A DNA stretch of 64,000 nucleotides from Owenia fusiformis (Eukaryota). The translations under genes were made by a program, and so were the position numbers. The DNA is taken from the NCBI GenBank assembly GCA_903813345.2, contig CAIIXF020000001.1, positions 7,812,001 to 7,876,000 on the forward strand. The letters are read 5' to 3'. The notes beneath the pieces are model-generated. The model was not told the origin of the DNA, made no database searches, and worked only from the letters and a program-made list of their open reading frames with translations. Of this stretch, positions 13,301 to 26,627 are shown one piece after another (the first letter of the stretch is position 1; each line of letters opens with the position of its first letter).

Positions 13301-16300
13301 AAGCTGGCTATCTACATTGGGGTATTTTTCTATTAAACTTTGGGCTACCATTATGGCAGGATCCCCCTCCTCTCCAACACAAAACAGGAGCTCATACTGT
13401 AAAAATAAACAATAAATTATAATTCAATGGTCCATGGACTGAAAGAAAGATGTCCAAGGTTTGTCAAAGTCATTTCCACGAGTGATGTGGCAAGACATGG
13501 GCTCCACAAAATTACACCTGGAACTGTGGAATGACTGGAGCTTATATAGAATGTCATTTACCTTTTATAAGATAACTTACCCTTACACAGGTTGCATTTC
13601 ACAAATCCAAATGCACCTGTTGAATTGAACACTTTTGATATAAATCTAGAATTGTCTTTATTAAAATGAGAGTGGTGTATTAATAGATGATTCACTTGTG
13701 ATTATGTGTATATCAGATTCATTTTAGTTTTTACCACCTCCAGACATTGCCAGAAATGGTTACATACAGGGTGTACCAAAAGTAACAGGACTGGTGCTGG
13801 TATTTTGTTAAATATGCACCAATTGTCTTCAAAATTTTACATAATGTACCTTCATGTTTTGTAACTAAAATTGCAGAATAACATAATTTTTGTCGAAACT
13901 GATTTAGAAATCAGGCGATGACTACTCATCGGCCGGCGCAAGGTGCATATGTGGCATAGGCATTAGAGAGAGACCGAGGTGGGAGATATCCCCCTCCCCT
14001 CTACACCAAACTTGTTCTCACTACATTTTCGAAAATTGCCTGAAAGGCCTCCTCACACATTATTAAGGAAAACATAGCTACACATTTTGCGCATTTAACC
14101 ATTTGATAACATATTCTGGATCTTATCTTAATTTGTTAATGTGAATTCACACCTTCATTTGCATGGAAGACTTTGATAAAATCCTTTTTTGATAATCTTT
14201 GTTAGAAAGCTGATGTTTGGCTAAGCTTCGAAATTCCAAATTGAACAGTCTACTAAGAATACCATGTTGTAAATATTGTTTTCTTTATAATATGACGAGC
14301 TAGGACTGCTCAAACAAATTCGCTTTTTGTAGCTACAAGTATTTAATTTCAATAGATGATAAACTCCTCAATATAAGAAATTACCCTCATAAGACATTGT
14401 TGCAAGGTATGTTGCAATGAATGTGGCACCCCGCATTCTTGGGCCTGCATTATGTATTCTCGAAGAAAGCCATCATGATAAACCATGACATCTCATTTCT
14501 TCTCAGCCCTGTGTTTCAGGTAACTCGAGTTCGGGAAAGCGGGGTTCACTGTTTGGTTCTGTTGACACCTGTGCGAAACTATATTCATAATTTATCCGAC
14601 AGTCGCTTTGATAATGTTTCTTTATCTTGTCTGCGACTCGATAAAGAAGAATTATCAAAGCTCATCAAGAATGGACAATCTTGCACAGGTACTCATATAA
14701 GAACCTCTATATCTTTTTAACACCAATATGAGGATTGAACAACGGACACACTATGTTAACAAAAAAAAAAAGTTATATCTAATGTGCCAATTCAATGATT
14801 TAGCATATCGAAAATATTTTCAACCGAAGTGACCACATCGTGACATCACTTAGGTGGCAACATTTTTCAATGTCAATCTTTTCAAAATATGCTAAACTTA
14901 AAAAATAAACCAATGTTGACTGTCTTACCAGGTGAAAAGGATGAGTATACTGTATATGTTTTTAATATTATTTTACCATTGGTTTCTATGAGAATTAAAA
15001 TTTTGAAATGCATCTTTCCCTGAACCACTTTCATGCATGGATGAGTTCATTGCTCGCTTATCTATCAACCAATTTTCTTGATTTTGTCGGCAAAAAAACA
15101 AGGGAGGATGATTGCATGCTATGCATCAGTGTGAATTATCGCTTTAAAGGATAAGTATGACCTCTTAAAGTTAGTTTTAAATAAATTCACGATATTTTGA
15201 ACAAAAAGTCCTTCAAAAACATTTTTGAAATTAATAAAAAGTTTCACATTACACACTTTGCAACAATATAAGCCAAAGTGGTTTTAACTTTATATGGGGC
15301 CTTTAACTGATTAACAAAATTTTACACCTATTGGAAAGACTGTACTGTGACTGGTTGGACAGAGTTGTATCAATCATACACGTAACTGCATGTCCAGTGG
15401 AAAATAACCAACTCTGACTATACCAAAGGTTGGAATTTGAATTATCATGCACATGATAGTGGTCAGATAGTGATCTAAAATGCATAGCCCAAACGGGTAA
15501 AAAATATAGACGGTGTTTACTACTATAATGAGATCAAGTGATCTTTACGATTATAGTGAGTTCCATTGCAGTTCGAAACTGAGGTACAAATCATAGACAA
15601 GGAAGTGCAAAACAAGATCGCTGAATAAAATAAAGGATAGTCTTTTGAAGACTTTTAATTTTCTCCCAAAACTTAGACAATATTTGACTTCTAACAAACA
15701 GCGAATTAGTTTAACTCCAGTTTAGCGATGGAGAAACTTTCTAAAGTTTCGATTAACATAAGTTAGAGACACTTTAAAATTAAACCAGAACAACGGCAAC
15801 GCCAAAGCGTAGCGAATCCAATCGAACAGCCATGGATGGCATTTTTACAAACAAAGTATATAGCAAAAATGGCAGCCATTTTTCAAAGTGGCCGCCTTCT
15901 ACCAAAAGTGTCATTAGACCATGTGCCATGCTTATAGTATTCACATACCAAATATGAACAAAATCGATCCACTACTTTTCAAGTTATTGTAAAATATGTT
16001 AAAATGGCGGCCATTTTTCAAAATGGCCACCTTCTACCAAAAGTGCCATTAGACAGTGTGCCGTGCTTATGGTATTACATACCAAATATAAACAAAATCG
16101 CTCCACTACTTTTCGAGTTATAGTAAAATACGTTAAAATGGCGGCCATTTTGAAAAATGTCCGCCTTCTACCAAAAGTGTCATTAGACAGTGAGTCATGC
16201 TTATAGTATTCACATACCAAATATGAACAAATCGCTTCACTACTTTTCGAGTTTTAGTAAAATACGTTAAAATGGCGGCCAATACTAAAAAAAAATTCAA

Positions 16301-19300
16301 AATGGCCACATTCTACCAAATGTGTCATTGGACTGTGAGTGTGTCATGCTTATAGTATTCACATACCAAATATGAACAAAATCGCTCCACTACTTTTCGA
16401 GTTGTAGTAAAATACGTTAAAATGGCGGCCATTTTGAAAAAAGGCCGCCTTCTACCAAAAGTGTCATTAGACAGTGAGTCATGCTTATAGTATTCACATA
16501 CCAAATATGAACAAAATCGCTTCACTACTTTTCAAGTTATAGTAAAATATGTTAAAATGGCGGCCATTAGTAAAAAAAAATTCAAAATGGCCGCCTTCTA
16601 CCAAATGTGTCATTGGACAGTGTGTCATGCTTATAGTATTCACATACCAAATATGAACAAAATCGCTCCACTACTTTTCGAGTTACAGCAAAAATCGTAA
16701 AATAACGAGTAAAGGCCGCAATTTTTCATGATGGCTGCCATGTGCTTCTTTAATATCTACATTTCTAGCTTTATTAATGTCCTATATAATTTCTTTTACA
16801 TCTAAAACATACTGCTATTACAGTTTTACATATTGCACCTAAATTACTGTAAATTCGGCACTAAAATGGCCGCCATTTTTAAATGAGCGGCCATTTTGAA
16901 AATCCGCTTTCGAGCAGAACTTCTTCCCTCATAGGGTATATGTGTACAAAATATGAACAAAATCGGCCAACGGTATTTGAGTTATTGCCCGGACGGACGG
17001 ACGGATGGACGGATGGACGGACGTACGTACGTACGGACGGACGGACGGACGGAGGCGTTCCCTATATCCCTCCGAACTTCGTTCGATGGGATAATAAAGA
17101 TATAATTTAATTTTATACTGGAGAAATTAAAATTTGGAAGAAACTACATTTATACTGTCCATCATTTTAACCCAAAGTATCACACTCATGAGTATGTTTT
17201 TGATATTATTCTTTTAAATTATAGTCATTTTTGCATGTTTTAAAATTGTGAAATAGATAGTAGGAAAATTGTATTTATGGATTGAGCTCAAACAAAAAGT
17301 TTTAATTTTGGTGGACCAAACCCAATGCTGTCAGAAACCATTCAGTATTTGAAGCCTTACAACATGAGCTAGTTGTGATCCCTACTCAAACAATTTCTCA
17401 ACTCATCAAAATACAATAACAAAAAACAATAAAATTTTGATTCTTGAAAATTGGATAATTCATAAAAATCCAAGTAGACTATGATGTATAGAATGAATAA
17501 ATGTTATTTTAATATAAGTGTTGTTTATTCTTTTCCCTTTGGGACTCATGTTTTCTGATATTACAGTAATATTTCTAGGGGGATGAATTTGAAGAGTATA
17601 CATGTATTTGCTTAGCACTCTAGCTTGTGGTGCCGAATCATTTATGTCAATAACCAAGAACATCACAACCTTATGTAGTGTGGATAAGTGAATAAATATG
17701 CAAAACAAGGTATAATCTGGTAATTAAATACAGAAATACTCCAGCAAATACTCCACCAATGTGTATGAAACAGATTTTGAACCTTGAAATACTTTACCCT
17801 GCGCGCAATCTTGTTAAAACTACCCTCTGCCTAGTATAGACTATATTACAGTTTAGCAGCTCCACCCCGAAGATTAGTGCCTTTGACAGCCCGGGTAATA
17901 AATCATTTTAAATTCACCACACTTACCCTTTCTCAACCAAACAGCCAAAAGGGAGGAACATGTGCTAAATAAGTGCTCATTAACTATACGGTAGTGTCAG
18001 AGGAAATGACCAGATAGAAAGTCGTCCATATTTTGACGACGATCTCTGATTGCCTCGGTGAGATCAGAGATTTATTGTAAACAATTCACACTTCATTTAA
18101 TGATAGAATCTCCTCAACATACTGAGTTTATCTGATAAATTCTATTGTTTGCTCTCATTTTTTATAATTGTGGTAACTATAGCAATGTTGAAAAGGGAAA
18201 TTTTAGACATTACACTTATGAATAGCACATAAAATATTTAGTGGGAGAAGCTTCTCAAACAATTCAACCATAATATTGATTTCACTGATATCCGAGTCAG
18301 ACAAATCACAAAAGGAGAAATTCAGACATACTATAGTTGACATTGACATGACATTGGATAATTTGGGATGTTCAAAGCCTCACCTGGAGTTTTCACCAAG
18401 AAAGCTGTAAGCTGTGCTAGTAATTGTTCAACACTGCACAGTAGCTGTCAGAATCACAGCAGAGCATTTGGCAGTAATACTGCATTCTCACCATGGCATT
18501 TGTAACTTAAATAAACTTGATTAAAATACCCCATCAAATTACTAGAATCATGCAACCATTAGGGAGCGGTGGAATGATAATTAATGATAATGGAAATGTT
18601 TTTTATACAATAAGAGAATCATATAAATCACAAGAATTAGCTGAGTCATCCAATGCTTTGCACTGTATTTCATTTCTTTCACAGTTCTTCATTGAACTTT
18701 TGATACAGTACCATATGACCACTGAACTTGATATACAAGGTCCAAAATATATATTTTAAGTGTTTTTCAAATATGTTTTGATCCAAAGTCCCATTTTCAC
18801 AGATTATATGACCATATTCTTTAACCTTTGATAAAACATGTCATATATAGTTTATCAAAAGATCCCCATGGGATGCTTTATCGGCTACTATAAACTTAAA
18901 ATACTTGAATAATTTATGTTTATATACACACTACTATACTTACACTGGTGATCCACTCGATTACGCTGGTTACCAAAACGGTTCGTTTTGGTAACAAAAT
19001 GTCGGAACATCCGGAAGGTACGATTTTTCTCGTTTCCTTATTTTACACGTTGTAGGCAGAATTCCCACAACATTTTTTAACACAAACGTGTATCAGTATC
19101 ATATATTTAAGAAATTGTACATATTTGCGAACAAATAGTTCAGAAGACAACAGAATCGTCGATTTACTTCCTCACTTAAGTTACATAAACGGTTTGGGTT
19201 AAAAGTGCAGATCTTAACTGTTTTTCGAAAAAACCGTTTATGTAACTTAAGTGAGGAAGTAAATCGACGATTCTGTTGTCCTCTGAGCTATTTTTTCGCA

Positions 19301-22300
19301 AACATGTACATTTTCTAAAACATATGATACTGATGCACGTTGTGAAAAAACGTCGTGGGGATTCTGCCTACAACGAGTGAAATAAGGAAAAAAGAAAAAT
19401 CGTGCCTTCGATGTTCCGACATTTTGTTACCAAAACGGTTCGTTTTGGTAACCAGCGTAATCTAGTGGATCACCAGTGACTTAGAAATGCATAAGATGCT
19501 CTGTTTGTCTAATTGTATTGTTTAGTATATTTTTGAAAGTACCTTATTAACATCTAACAGTGATCCGATAAACCATTGATAAGTAACAGACACATATAAA
19601 CAAATAAGATAATCATTAGTGATAATCCAAGTGAACGCCAAATTGCAAGATATAGTAGAGTGATATATATTTTGACTTTTTAACATGATATAGAGTGCTG
19701 TGACAATCATTTCCCCCTTAAATCATATTTTTATGAAATGTCATAAATTGTAAATTGCTTCAAAGTCCCTCAGAAAAATGACACATCTGATTTGTCTCTT
19801 ACTCAATGGAGAGAAAAGGTTAAGACCTGCTAGTTAAGGCCTATTTCTAAGTGGCGTTATTAGCTATTTTATTTTTACGCCTGACAGATTAGTAAAAATT
19901 GTTTTATGTTAGTTGTGAAAAACAGTTTTTTGGATTAATTCTCTTGAATATCTGATGGAAAGGCTATTGGATAGATGAAGATATAGATCGGATATACTTT
20001 TGAATATACATTTAAAAATTGATGATTTACTACTAAAAGGGATTTGACCAGACCAACTCTTCTTAACTTGGCCTAATAGCCATTTGCCACACATACCAAT
20101 GTATATTGGGTACATTCTACATACCACAGGTTACAAGCAAAACTACCTCACAAAATAATAACAAATTTCTAAATACAGTGTTAAATCAATGTGTCTATGA
20201 TTTAAGTATACCATTGTCCAAACAAATATACCAAGAAGCATTAGATAGGGTGTTTTACATACACCTTAGCACCACTCATTATTATGGCATATGAATCTAA
20301 AAATGGGCGTGCCTTCAAAAAGAGCTGTTAATACCTTAAGTAGGCAATAAAAATTCTCATAAATCACTACAACTCCCAAAATCATTTCATTTTTTTCTGT
20401 GAACCTGCCTTCTAGAAACAGATTATAATTCACATACAAGTTACAGCTACATGTACATGGATCAAATGAAAACTTAAATCAATAACTATTTATGTAATAC
20501 CTCAAAATAAATCATGTTAGTACAATATATTATTGAATTCAACAGAAGTAATTTGATGTATAAATCCATGTTATCTACATTAATTATGTTACACACAGTT
20601 TACTTTCAGAGTTATGAATACAATGATGAATCGATACTAATAGATGTATGGCTATCAGCTACTTTTGGAAAAAACATCATACTCCGTTCCGTGGCAGTGC
20701 TGGTCTTCAACATGCCACTGGTGCAGGCAAATCTTTCACCGTATGAATGGCAACTTCATATAAACAAGAGACATGGTTGGTTCTTGTTCCATGCTCGTGT
20801 TGGGTGATTGGAAAATTCAGACAATTTGATTGGTTGGATTGCATCTATTAACTCATAAACACACGTGCGGTGAACCATCAGCAACAAAACTTTATCTCAA
20901 AACCCTTCCAAAAATATTTCTTCTCATATTTCACGATTTTTGAAATATTTTGACAAAATAATGATTGGTGAAACTTATAAAATATTTCATAAGTTATAAC
21001 AAAATTGAATAAATCTATGAATAAAAAAGGGACTATGTTTACCAAAATTTGGAAAACACATTTGACATGAGACAGTTCAACTTTTGATTAATGTTTACGA
21101 AAACTAAAAAAGTCAATTCATCCTGTTTAATACACAAATGAGAAGAGATAACCTAATTATCTGCCTTTTATGTAGTATATGTAATTGATAATATTTTAAA
21201 GGTAATATGATATTTTGATAAACTCTATCTCATTTGAGATAATCTTTTCAGAACATTCTAAACACTTTATAAGTTGAAGTAAACAGTAAGAACTTAAATC
21301 GGGATCAATAAAACACTTCAGTTCAAAACCTGAAAGTATATCTAAACTTAATATGTCAAGGAAAATTCTGCTGGTAAATCTAATACTAAATTATCACGAT
21401 GAAAGAAAATTAGATCAGGATGAGACATGGCATCTTGACTTATCTATGATTTCATAAAGCCAATAAGGGCTCACTACTGAGACAAGGAGAAGTGAATCAT
21501 CAATTTTTAAGAATCCTGACTGATAAAGAGATAAAGATTTTGATATGCACTTACCTTTGGATACTCCATTTTGAAGAATGTTTCTAAGTTACTATATAGG
21601 TGAGGATCTACCCCAGTAAGTGGTTTTAATATTGAGACTCCTGGTAACCCCTTTTCAGGGGGCATGGTGGGATGTTTATGTAACTTCCATTTCCTGAAAA
21701 AAAAAATGTTTGCAATAAAAATACCTCGAAATTTTTCTAGAGGTAAAAAGATGACAGAATAAGGTGCGGAATGACACTGAAACTTGGATAATTTCTAATT
21801 TCCGCAAAAGAGAATACTAATCCTCTAAGAGCCTTGTAAAAGGCATTAATTTGGTAGCAGTTATGAATCATGCTACCTTATCCATGTTACTGTGATAATG
21901 TGAAATGGAATGCGGAATGAAGAGTGCTCAGTAGGATATCTATAACATTAGTAACTGTCATACTAGAGCTTTCCCCCCACAGGCTTGTGTATACACATAT
22001 GTAGGTATTTGAAAATGTGTCAGCACTATATATCATATGTTGCAGGAAAATCATGGTGACTTTTAATACTCCATTAGAAAAGATTTAAATGAGTGTTACA
22101 CGTAGTTATATATTTAGAAAATCAATTTGTAATTTTCTCAAATTATTTGTTTCTGAGAAAAGCTAGAATTTATTTTAAACTGAATTGCAACTAATTTTGT
22201 GAAACTTGCTATTTCAAGTTTGGGCGTTAATACAAAATTTTTCACTTTTTAAGAGTTTCTAAGTTTAGACATTATTTACTCAAAATTAAATTATGCAAAA

Positions 22301-24525
22301 TTTATGCAGTTTATTAAGCCTGAAAACTGTTATTATATGTATTGTAAACGCCAGGGCTAAATTATGTAAACCTCAATAGAAACATGGCTATAATCCAATA
22401 ATACTTTCAAACGAACTTAACAATAATACGGAACATTAACCTATTAATCTGATAGATAATCTCCAATCCCAAGGGCAACTGACCAACAAATAATCTCCAT
22501 GTCAGTTATGAACTAATAAACGCCACATAACTATGAAAGGGATGTTCCAAGTGTTAAAAAAATATTTTATAAATACCAGATACTTGCATAAATGTTTAGA
22601 AATGTGCAAAATGGTTTTGCATGTCTTTTTGAGCCTTAGTCTTTCATTAAGTCCCCCTACCCCCTTGATACCCTTAATCTAATATTTTGAGGATTTAGCA
22701 AGGTTTCCAAGACTATCTTTTGTAAGGTAAGCAACCCCTTTATACCCTTAAATTAAATGCATATTCACACTACATGTGGCCTCTTCAAAAGCCAACTTGG
22801 CAGACAGTACAAATGTATGTGCAAATGTAAGTCTTAGTACACATCATATATAGTAAAATCAGTACACCTGCACTTAAACAATTTTAAGAGCATTAATATG
22901 GTTTATGGTATTTGTATGAAGTTGACTCTAAACAATCTATACATATAAAAAGTTTACTTAAGCGATAGTGTTCAATTATAGAAAATAAAGTTAATTTTAG
23001 TATACCTTTATTTAAAACCCTTCCAAATCACATGCATATTGATACTACATGTCGCCTCTTGAAAAGCTTAGTTGACATGTAGAACAAATGTATTTTAGCA
23101 TACATCTGATCATATATATTTAAGTCAGTACGCCTGCACTTAAGATTCAGCTAGAAAGTAACATTTGGTAAAAATTGCTGTACTAACCTGCACATGTTAT
23201 TTTCTGGTACTAAAATTAAGTATGAAGGCATGTGTATATTTCCTTGCTTTTTTCAGGAAAGTATCATTTCATTGTCTAATTTTAGTAAACCTGGAAACAG
23301 GTCAATGGTAGCTCCTGTGTTGTCTGAAAACTTTGAAAGAAAATTTGGAAAAATAGAAAGTGTAAAATATCAGAATTTCCTGGAGTTCTCATTGACCTCT
23401 TACCAGATATACTAAAATAAAAGAAGACAATGTAATGATACTTTCCTGAAAAAAGCAAGGAAATTAACACATGCCTTCATACTTTATAGTGTACCAGAAT
23501 ATAACATGTGCAGGTATATCAATTTTTTATCAAAATGTTATTTTCCAGCTTTACCTTAAACAATTTAAAAAGCCTTATAGCATCTGTATGAAACTGACTC
23601 TAAACAAATAACGGTATTTAAGAAGATAATTGAGTGTAACTTGCCTTTTTCATGACGCGTGGTGACAATAAGTCCTACTTGTTGTGTAATTTGCAATTAA
23701 AGTGGAGAAATTCCCAGATCTGGCGCGTACCATTTTTAACTTTTGCTCATGCATGCACATGCGCATTGTACTTTACATGCGCATGGGCATTGCCGCTAAA
23801 AAATCATGTGACTATTCATATTTAGCTAGCGCGAGTTATTTTATAGCAAATGTTTACTTTCGAAAGTCAAGAGACCTAAAATGGCTGCAATCTAAATTCA
23901 AAAGTTTTGTCGTCTAATAGAACGTTGATTTACTACAACAACAGACTGTTGGAGGATCAAAATAAGATAACAACAAATAAATTATGTAATGATTCAAATA
24001 TATAGTGTATTATAAAAGCTACTCAGCACAGCGTTCAGTCAAAATGGGCTCGATTTTTTCTCTTCAAGAGTTTTCAATCCAGCATCCAAGGGCTGACTTC
24101 TGTCAGCTCGGTAGAGTAAATCTTGATAATGCCAGGAGAAGATTGAGTAAAAAAATGTGATAATCAAATATGGGTCACGATGTTTGGACCGCAACCAAAG
24201 ACGGCCAAAGATGGTAGATTGCGCCACAACCGAAGATGGCAAAGGGCAGGGGAGATCTAGAAACAGAAATTTCCACTGGTCTGAGACTGAGTGAGTCACT
24301 GAGTCAGTGAGTGACAACTCCCACAAAAATGAAAAATATGTCTTCATTTTCTGAATAAGTTTATGAAGAAAGTACTGATCAAATACGTCCTAAATTAATA
24401 CAAAATAAAATATTGATATCCACTTACCCATAGCATATAGCTAATAGATGAAATGACATAACAAAACACCATGCTCCAAATAAAACGATAGCTAACCCGA
24501 GTAACGTATATTCGATCGGTTCCAT
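1394..24525 (-). CDS. UGCG: Ceramide glucosyltransferase (glucosylceramide synthase, GT21), 9 coding exons, 411 aa
   Basis: Exons (minus strand): 24525-24428, 21693-21555, 13396-13294, 10665-10564, 6139-6024, 3224-3046, 2538-2452, 2103-1914, 1615-1394. All junctions are GT-AG and in phase; total 1236 nt. Translation has an N-terminal TM helix ([21 protein letters not shown]), [54 protein letters not shown] and RIIRWTKLR, all hallmark UGCG motifs. Confidence 0.96.
4268..5759 (+). mobile_element. Helentron-associated (HINE/pearl-like) non-autonomous element with internal ~162-bp tandem array, copy 1
   Basis: Subterminal inverted repeat ATGTCCCCACC ... GGTGGGGACAT, about 6 units of ~162 bp, (GGAC/AGAC)n microsatellite at ~5670-5710, terminal hairpin CCCCACATTATGTGGTGGGG, T/A-rich flanks. 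Inverted homologue at 26962-28786. Confidence 0.8.
10878..10980 (+). repeat. (GAAT)n/(GGAT)n/(GGAC)n compound microsatellite, probably a HINE-type remnant
   Basis: Tetranucleotide repeats visible directly; same GGAC type as in the HINE-like elements. Confidence 0.8.
15783..17095 (+). mobile_element. Second HINE-like family with ~135/147-bp tandem array
   Basis: Six units containing TAGTATTCACATACCAAATATGAACAA, an (ACGG)n microsatellite at ~16990-17053, and a 3' hairpin TATCCCTCCGAACTTCGTTCGATGGGATA. Confidence 0.7.
18943..19478. mobile_element. Palindromic MITE with CACTGGTG termini and 5-bp TSD (Transib-like)
   Basis: Arms of ~250 bp pair across the whole element (CACTGGTGATCCAC ... GTGGATCACCAGTG). 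ACTTA is duplicated at 18938-18942 and 19479-19483. Confidence 0.8.
23144..23555. mobile_element. MITE with TTAA TSD (Kolobok-like termini), ~130-bp TIRs
   Basis: TIR core ACCTGCACATGTTATTTTCTGGTAC / GTACCAGAATATAACATGTGCAGGT. TTAA at 23140-23143 and 23556-23559. A related empty site lies at 22874-22877. Confidence 0.8.
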
Positions 24526-24906
24526 TCCTTTACAACGGAAATACTGGTTTCCCATAATGCATCAACATATTTTAATTTAACCGATCATTTTTGATTCATG
24601 CCCATGTAATATCTTTTACACATTACTTAACTCTATATAAGAAAAATGTGACATAAAACACATAATTTGATATTGTCCATGGGATCAATCTTCGTCTGAA
24701 TTTTGGATGATGTAAAATTGATAAGATATTCAAAAAATGAAAAAACGAACTTCCAGAAGTCCATTTTTATGGTCGTTCATAATAATAATGCAGAAAGCAA
24801 AATAACTTCCGGTATCTTCTGCCACGTTTAAAATCTCCAAATAACACTTTGCATGTGTTATACTGTTGATATACAAGCCATGGTATAATTTATTATATGT
24901 GTTCTG
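24526..24906. promoter_or_regulatory. Probable bidirectional promoter for UGCG and the SLC17 gene, including a putative non-coding SLC17 exon 1
   Basis: UGCG ATG at 24525 (minus). Plus-strand donor CTG/GTAAGT at 24906/24907 could splice to acceptor TTTCAG at 28840. ZNF143-like TTCCCATAATGCAT at 24549-24562; ETS/GABP-like ACTTCCGGT at 24805-24813. No transcript evidence. Confidence 0.6.
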
Positions 24907-25023
24907 GTAAGTTTTAACTTATAAATCTGTTAAAACAGCATTCCTGTTAGTATTTTAGGGAAAGATTCTGGACCGATATTTTCTTTTTTTCTCGAGTCAA
25001 AATAAAAAAAAATTCAGTTTTTT

Positions 25024-25640
25024 AGGGTAAGACACAGATATTGGCCAGATCGTTTTGTAGTAGGATTTCATAGGCTCAAAGAATAATACAGAAGATGCGT
25101 CACTAAATTGTAAAATTTCAAAAAAAAGTGACCACCTTTCAAAACGTTCCTTATACAAAATGTTACCTGCTTCCCCGTGACAGATTTTGCACTTATTTTA
25201 TAGCTGAGATCTTCATTTTTCTATTTCTACTTGTTTGTGGTTCGAATAAATAACCTATGGATGCAGTTATTTGACGTTTAATACGGCGAATATTTTTCAC
25301 GAAATCCAGACTTTTGTGTGTCCAAATATCATTGTACTGATGACGTCACATTTCTGGAACCACAGGAGCACCATTCAGATTTGGACAGACAAGAGTCCGG
25401 CGATAAAATATCACTGTTTTGGCCTCTTATCAAAGCAGTATTGCTTGAATAACGGTCATTGGTGATAAAAAAAGGTAAAGAATAACAAGACCCTTCGAAT
25501 GAGGTATGATTTGTCTCATATTTTTCAGAAATGGCTCCATCGTCATTTTAAAATTTGAAATTTTCTGAGGTGTCTCATCTTGAGGAATATTTATTGAGCT
25601 ACTGATCCTACCTCAAAATAATCTGGCCGGGATCTATGGG
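25024..25640. mobile_element. Degenerate TIR element
   Basis: CAGATATTGGCCAGATCGTTTTGTAGTAGGAT pairs imperfectly with ATCCTACCTCAAAATAATCTGGCCGGGATCTATG. No clear TSD. Confidence 0.4.
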
Positions 25641-25784
25641 GTAAGAACTAGTTCTTAGTTCAACACGTTAAACCCTGTATGTGATTCATTTAAATCTGTT
25701 GCGGTGAATTCGTACGATCTGCGATCTGACCCGGATAAATTTTGTCATAGTAATGATGCATTGTGAGAATAATCCAAGAATTAG

Positions 25785-26627
25785 AGTAGATTTCATGGCG
25801 GGACTTCGTCGGTAGAACTTGAAAAATAAAATTTTCCCGAAAATTAAGAGTCTTACTTACCCTCTAGAGGCTAGAACACACATTTCAATGAAACCCTATC
25901 ACCTTTGTAGCATCAACTATGGAGCATTTAGCACAATATCCAAGAGGTAAATTATGGATCTTGAAAATGAATGTTTTCCTAGTAAGTTCCGGAAGTTTCA
26001 ATATGATAAATTACCGAACATTTGTGAAAATTGAATCTTTGTTCGTTGATTTTATAATTTACACGTGCGTGTATTCATCTACACTTTGGTCTAAATTATA
26101 AAGCATCACGAACAGGTCCTAGAATATTAATAGACTAATACAGCAGACGACCCATTCTTACTTTCCGCGCAGCATTTCATTCAGACCAATATTTTAACTG
26201 TAGATCATTCACTTTTTCTATTTTAGAACAGGCCATCCTCCTCTGCCCTGTCCTAAACTCGTCTGCGAAAGAGACCACAAAACATTATTTTCAAATATTT
26301 TAATTATTTTTACATCAGACATGGTTGGATGATATGTCAAAAAATTAAAGTTCAAGGTCAATACAGTATTTCGTGATAGAGGCAACGCCATCCCGGAAGT
26401 AAACACGAGGAAAATGAAAAAGTCCAAAAAGCATTAACACAAATTTCAATCAAGTACTGTGCTTCTGCTTCATCATGAACAAAACAGCTGATATGGTTTC
26501 ATTAAAATGTGTGTTCTAACCTAGAACAAAATGTGTGTTCTAACCTAGAGGGTAAGTAAGACTCCTAATCTTCAGATAAATCTTATTTTTCAAGTTCTAC
26601 CGACGAAGTCAGGCCATGAAATCTACT
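25785..26627. mobile_element. TIR element (Kolobok-like, AG...CT termini), nested in an older repeat
   Basis: ~120-bp inverted arms AGTAGATTTCATGGCGGGACTTCGTCGGTAGAACTTGAAAAATAA / TTATTTTTCAAGTTCTACCGACGAAGTCAGGCCATGAAATCTACT; flanks TTAG and TTAA. Confidence 0.65.

Noticed and set aside
13765-14720. TACAGGGTGTACC Tc1/mariner-like end plus ORF 14421-14720 as a transposase
   Set aside because: No matching right TIR found and no DDE/D motif recognised in the frames I read; probably a decayed repeat, but not supportable.
15999-17110. ORFs 15999-16220, 16325-16525 and 16883-17110
   Set aside because: Translations of tandem-repeat units and a microsatellite in a non-autonomous element.
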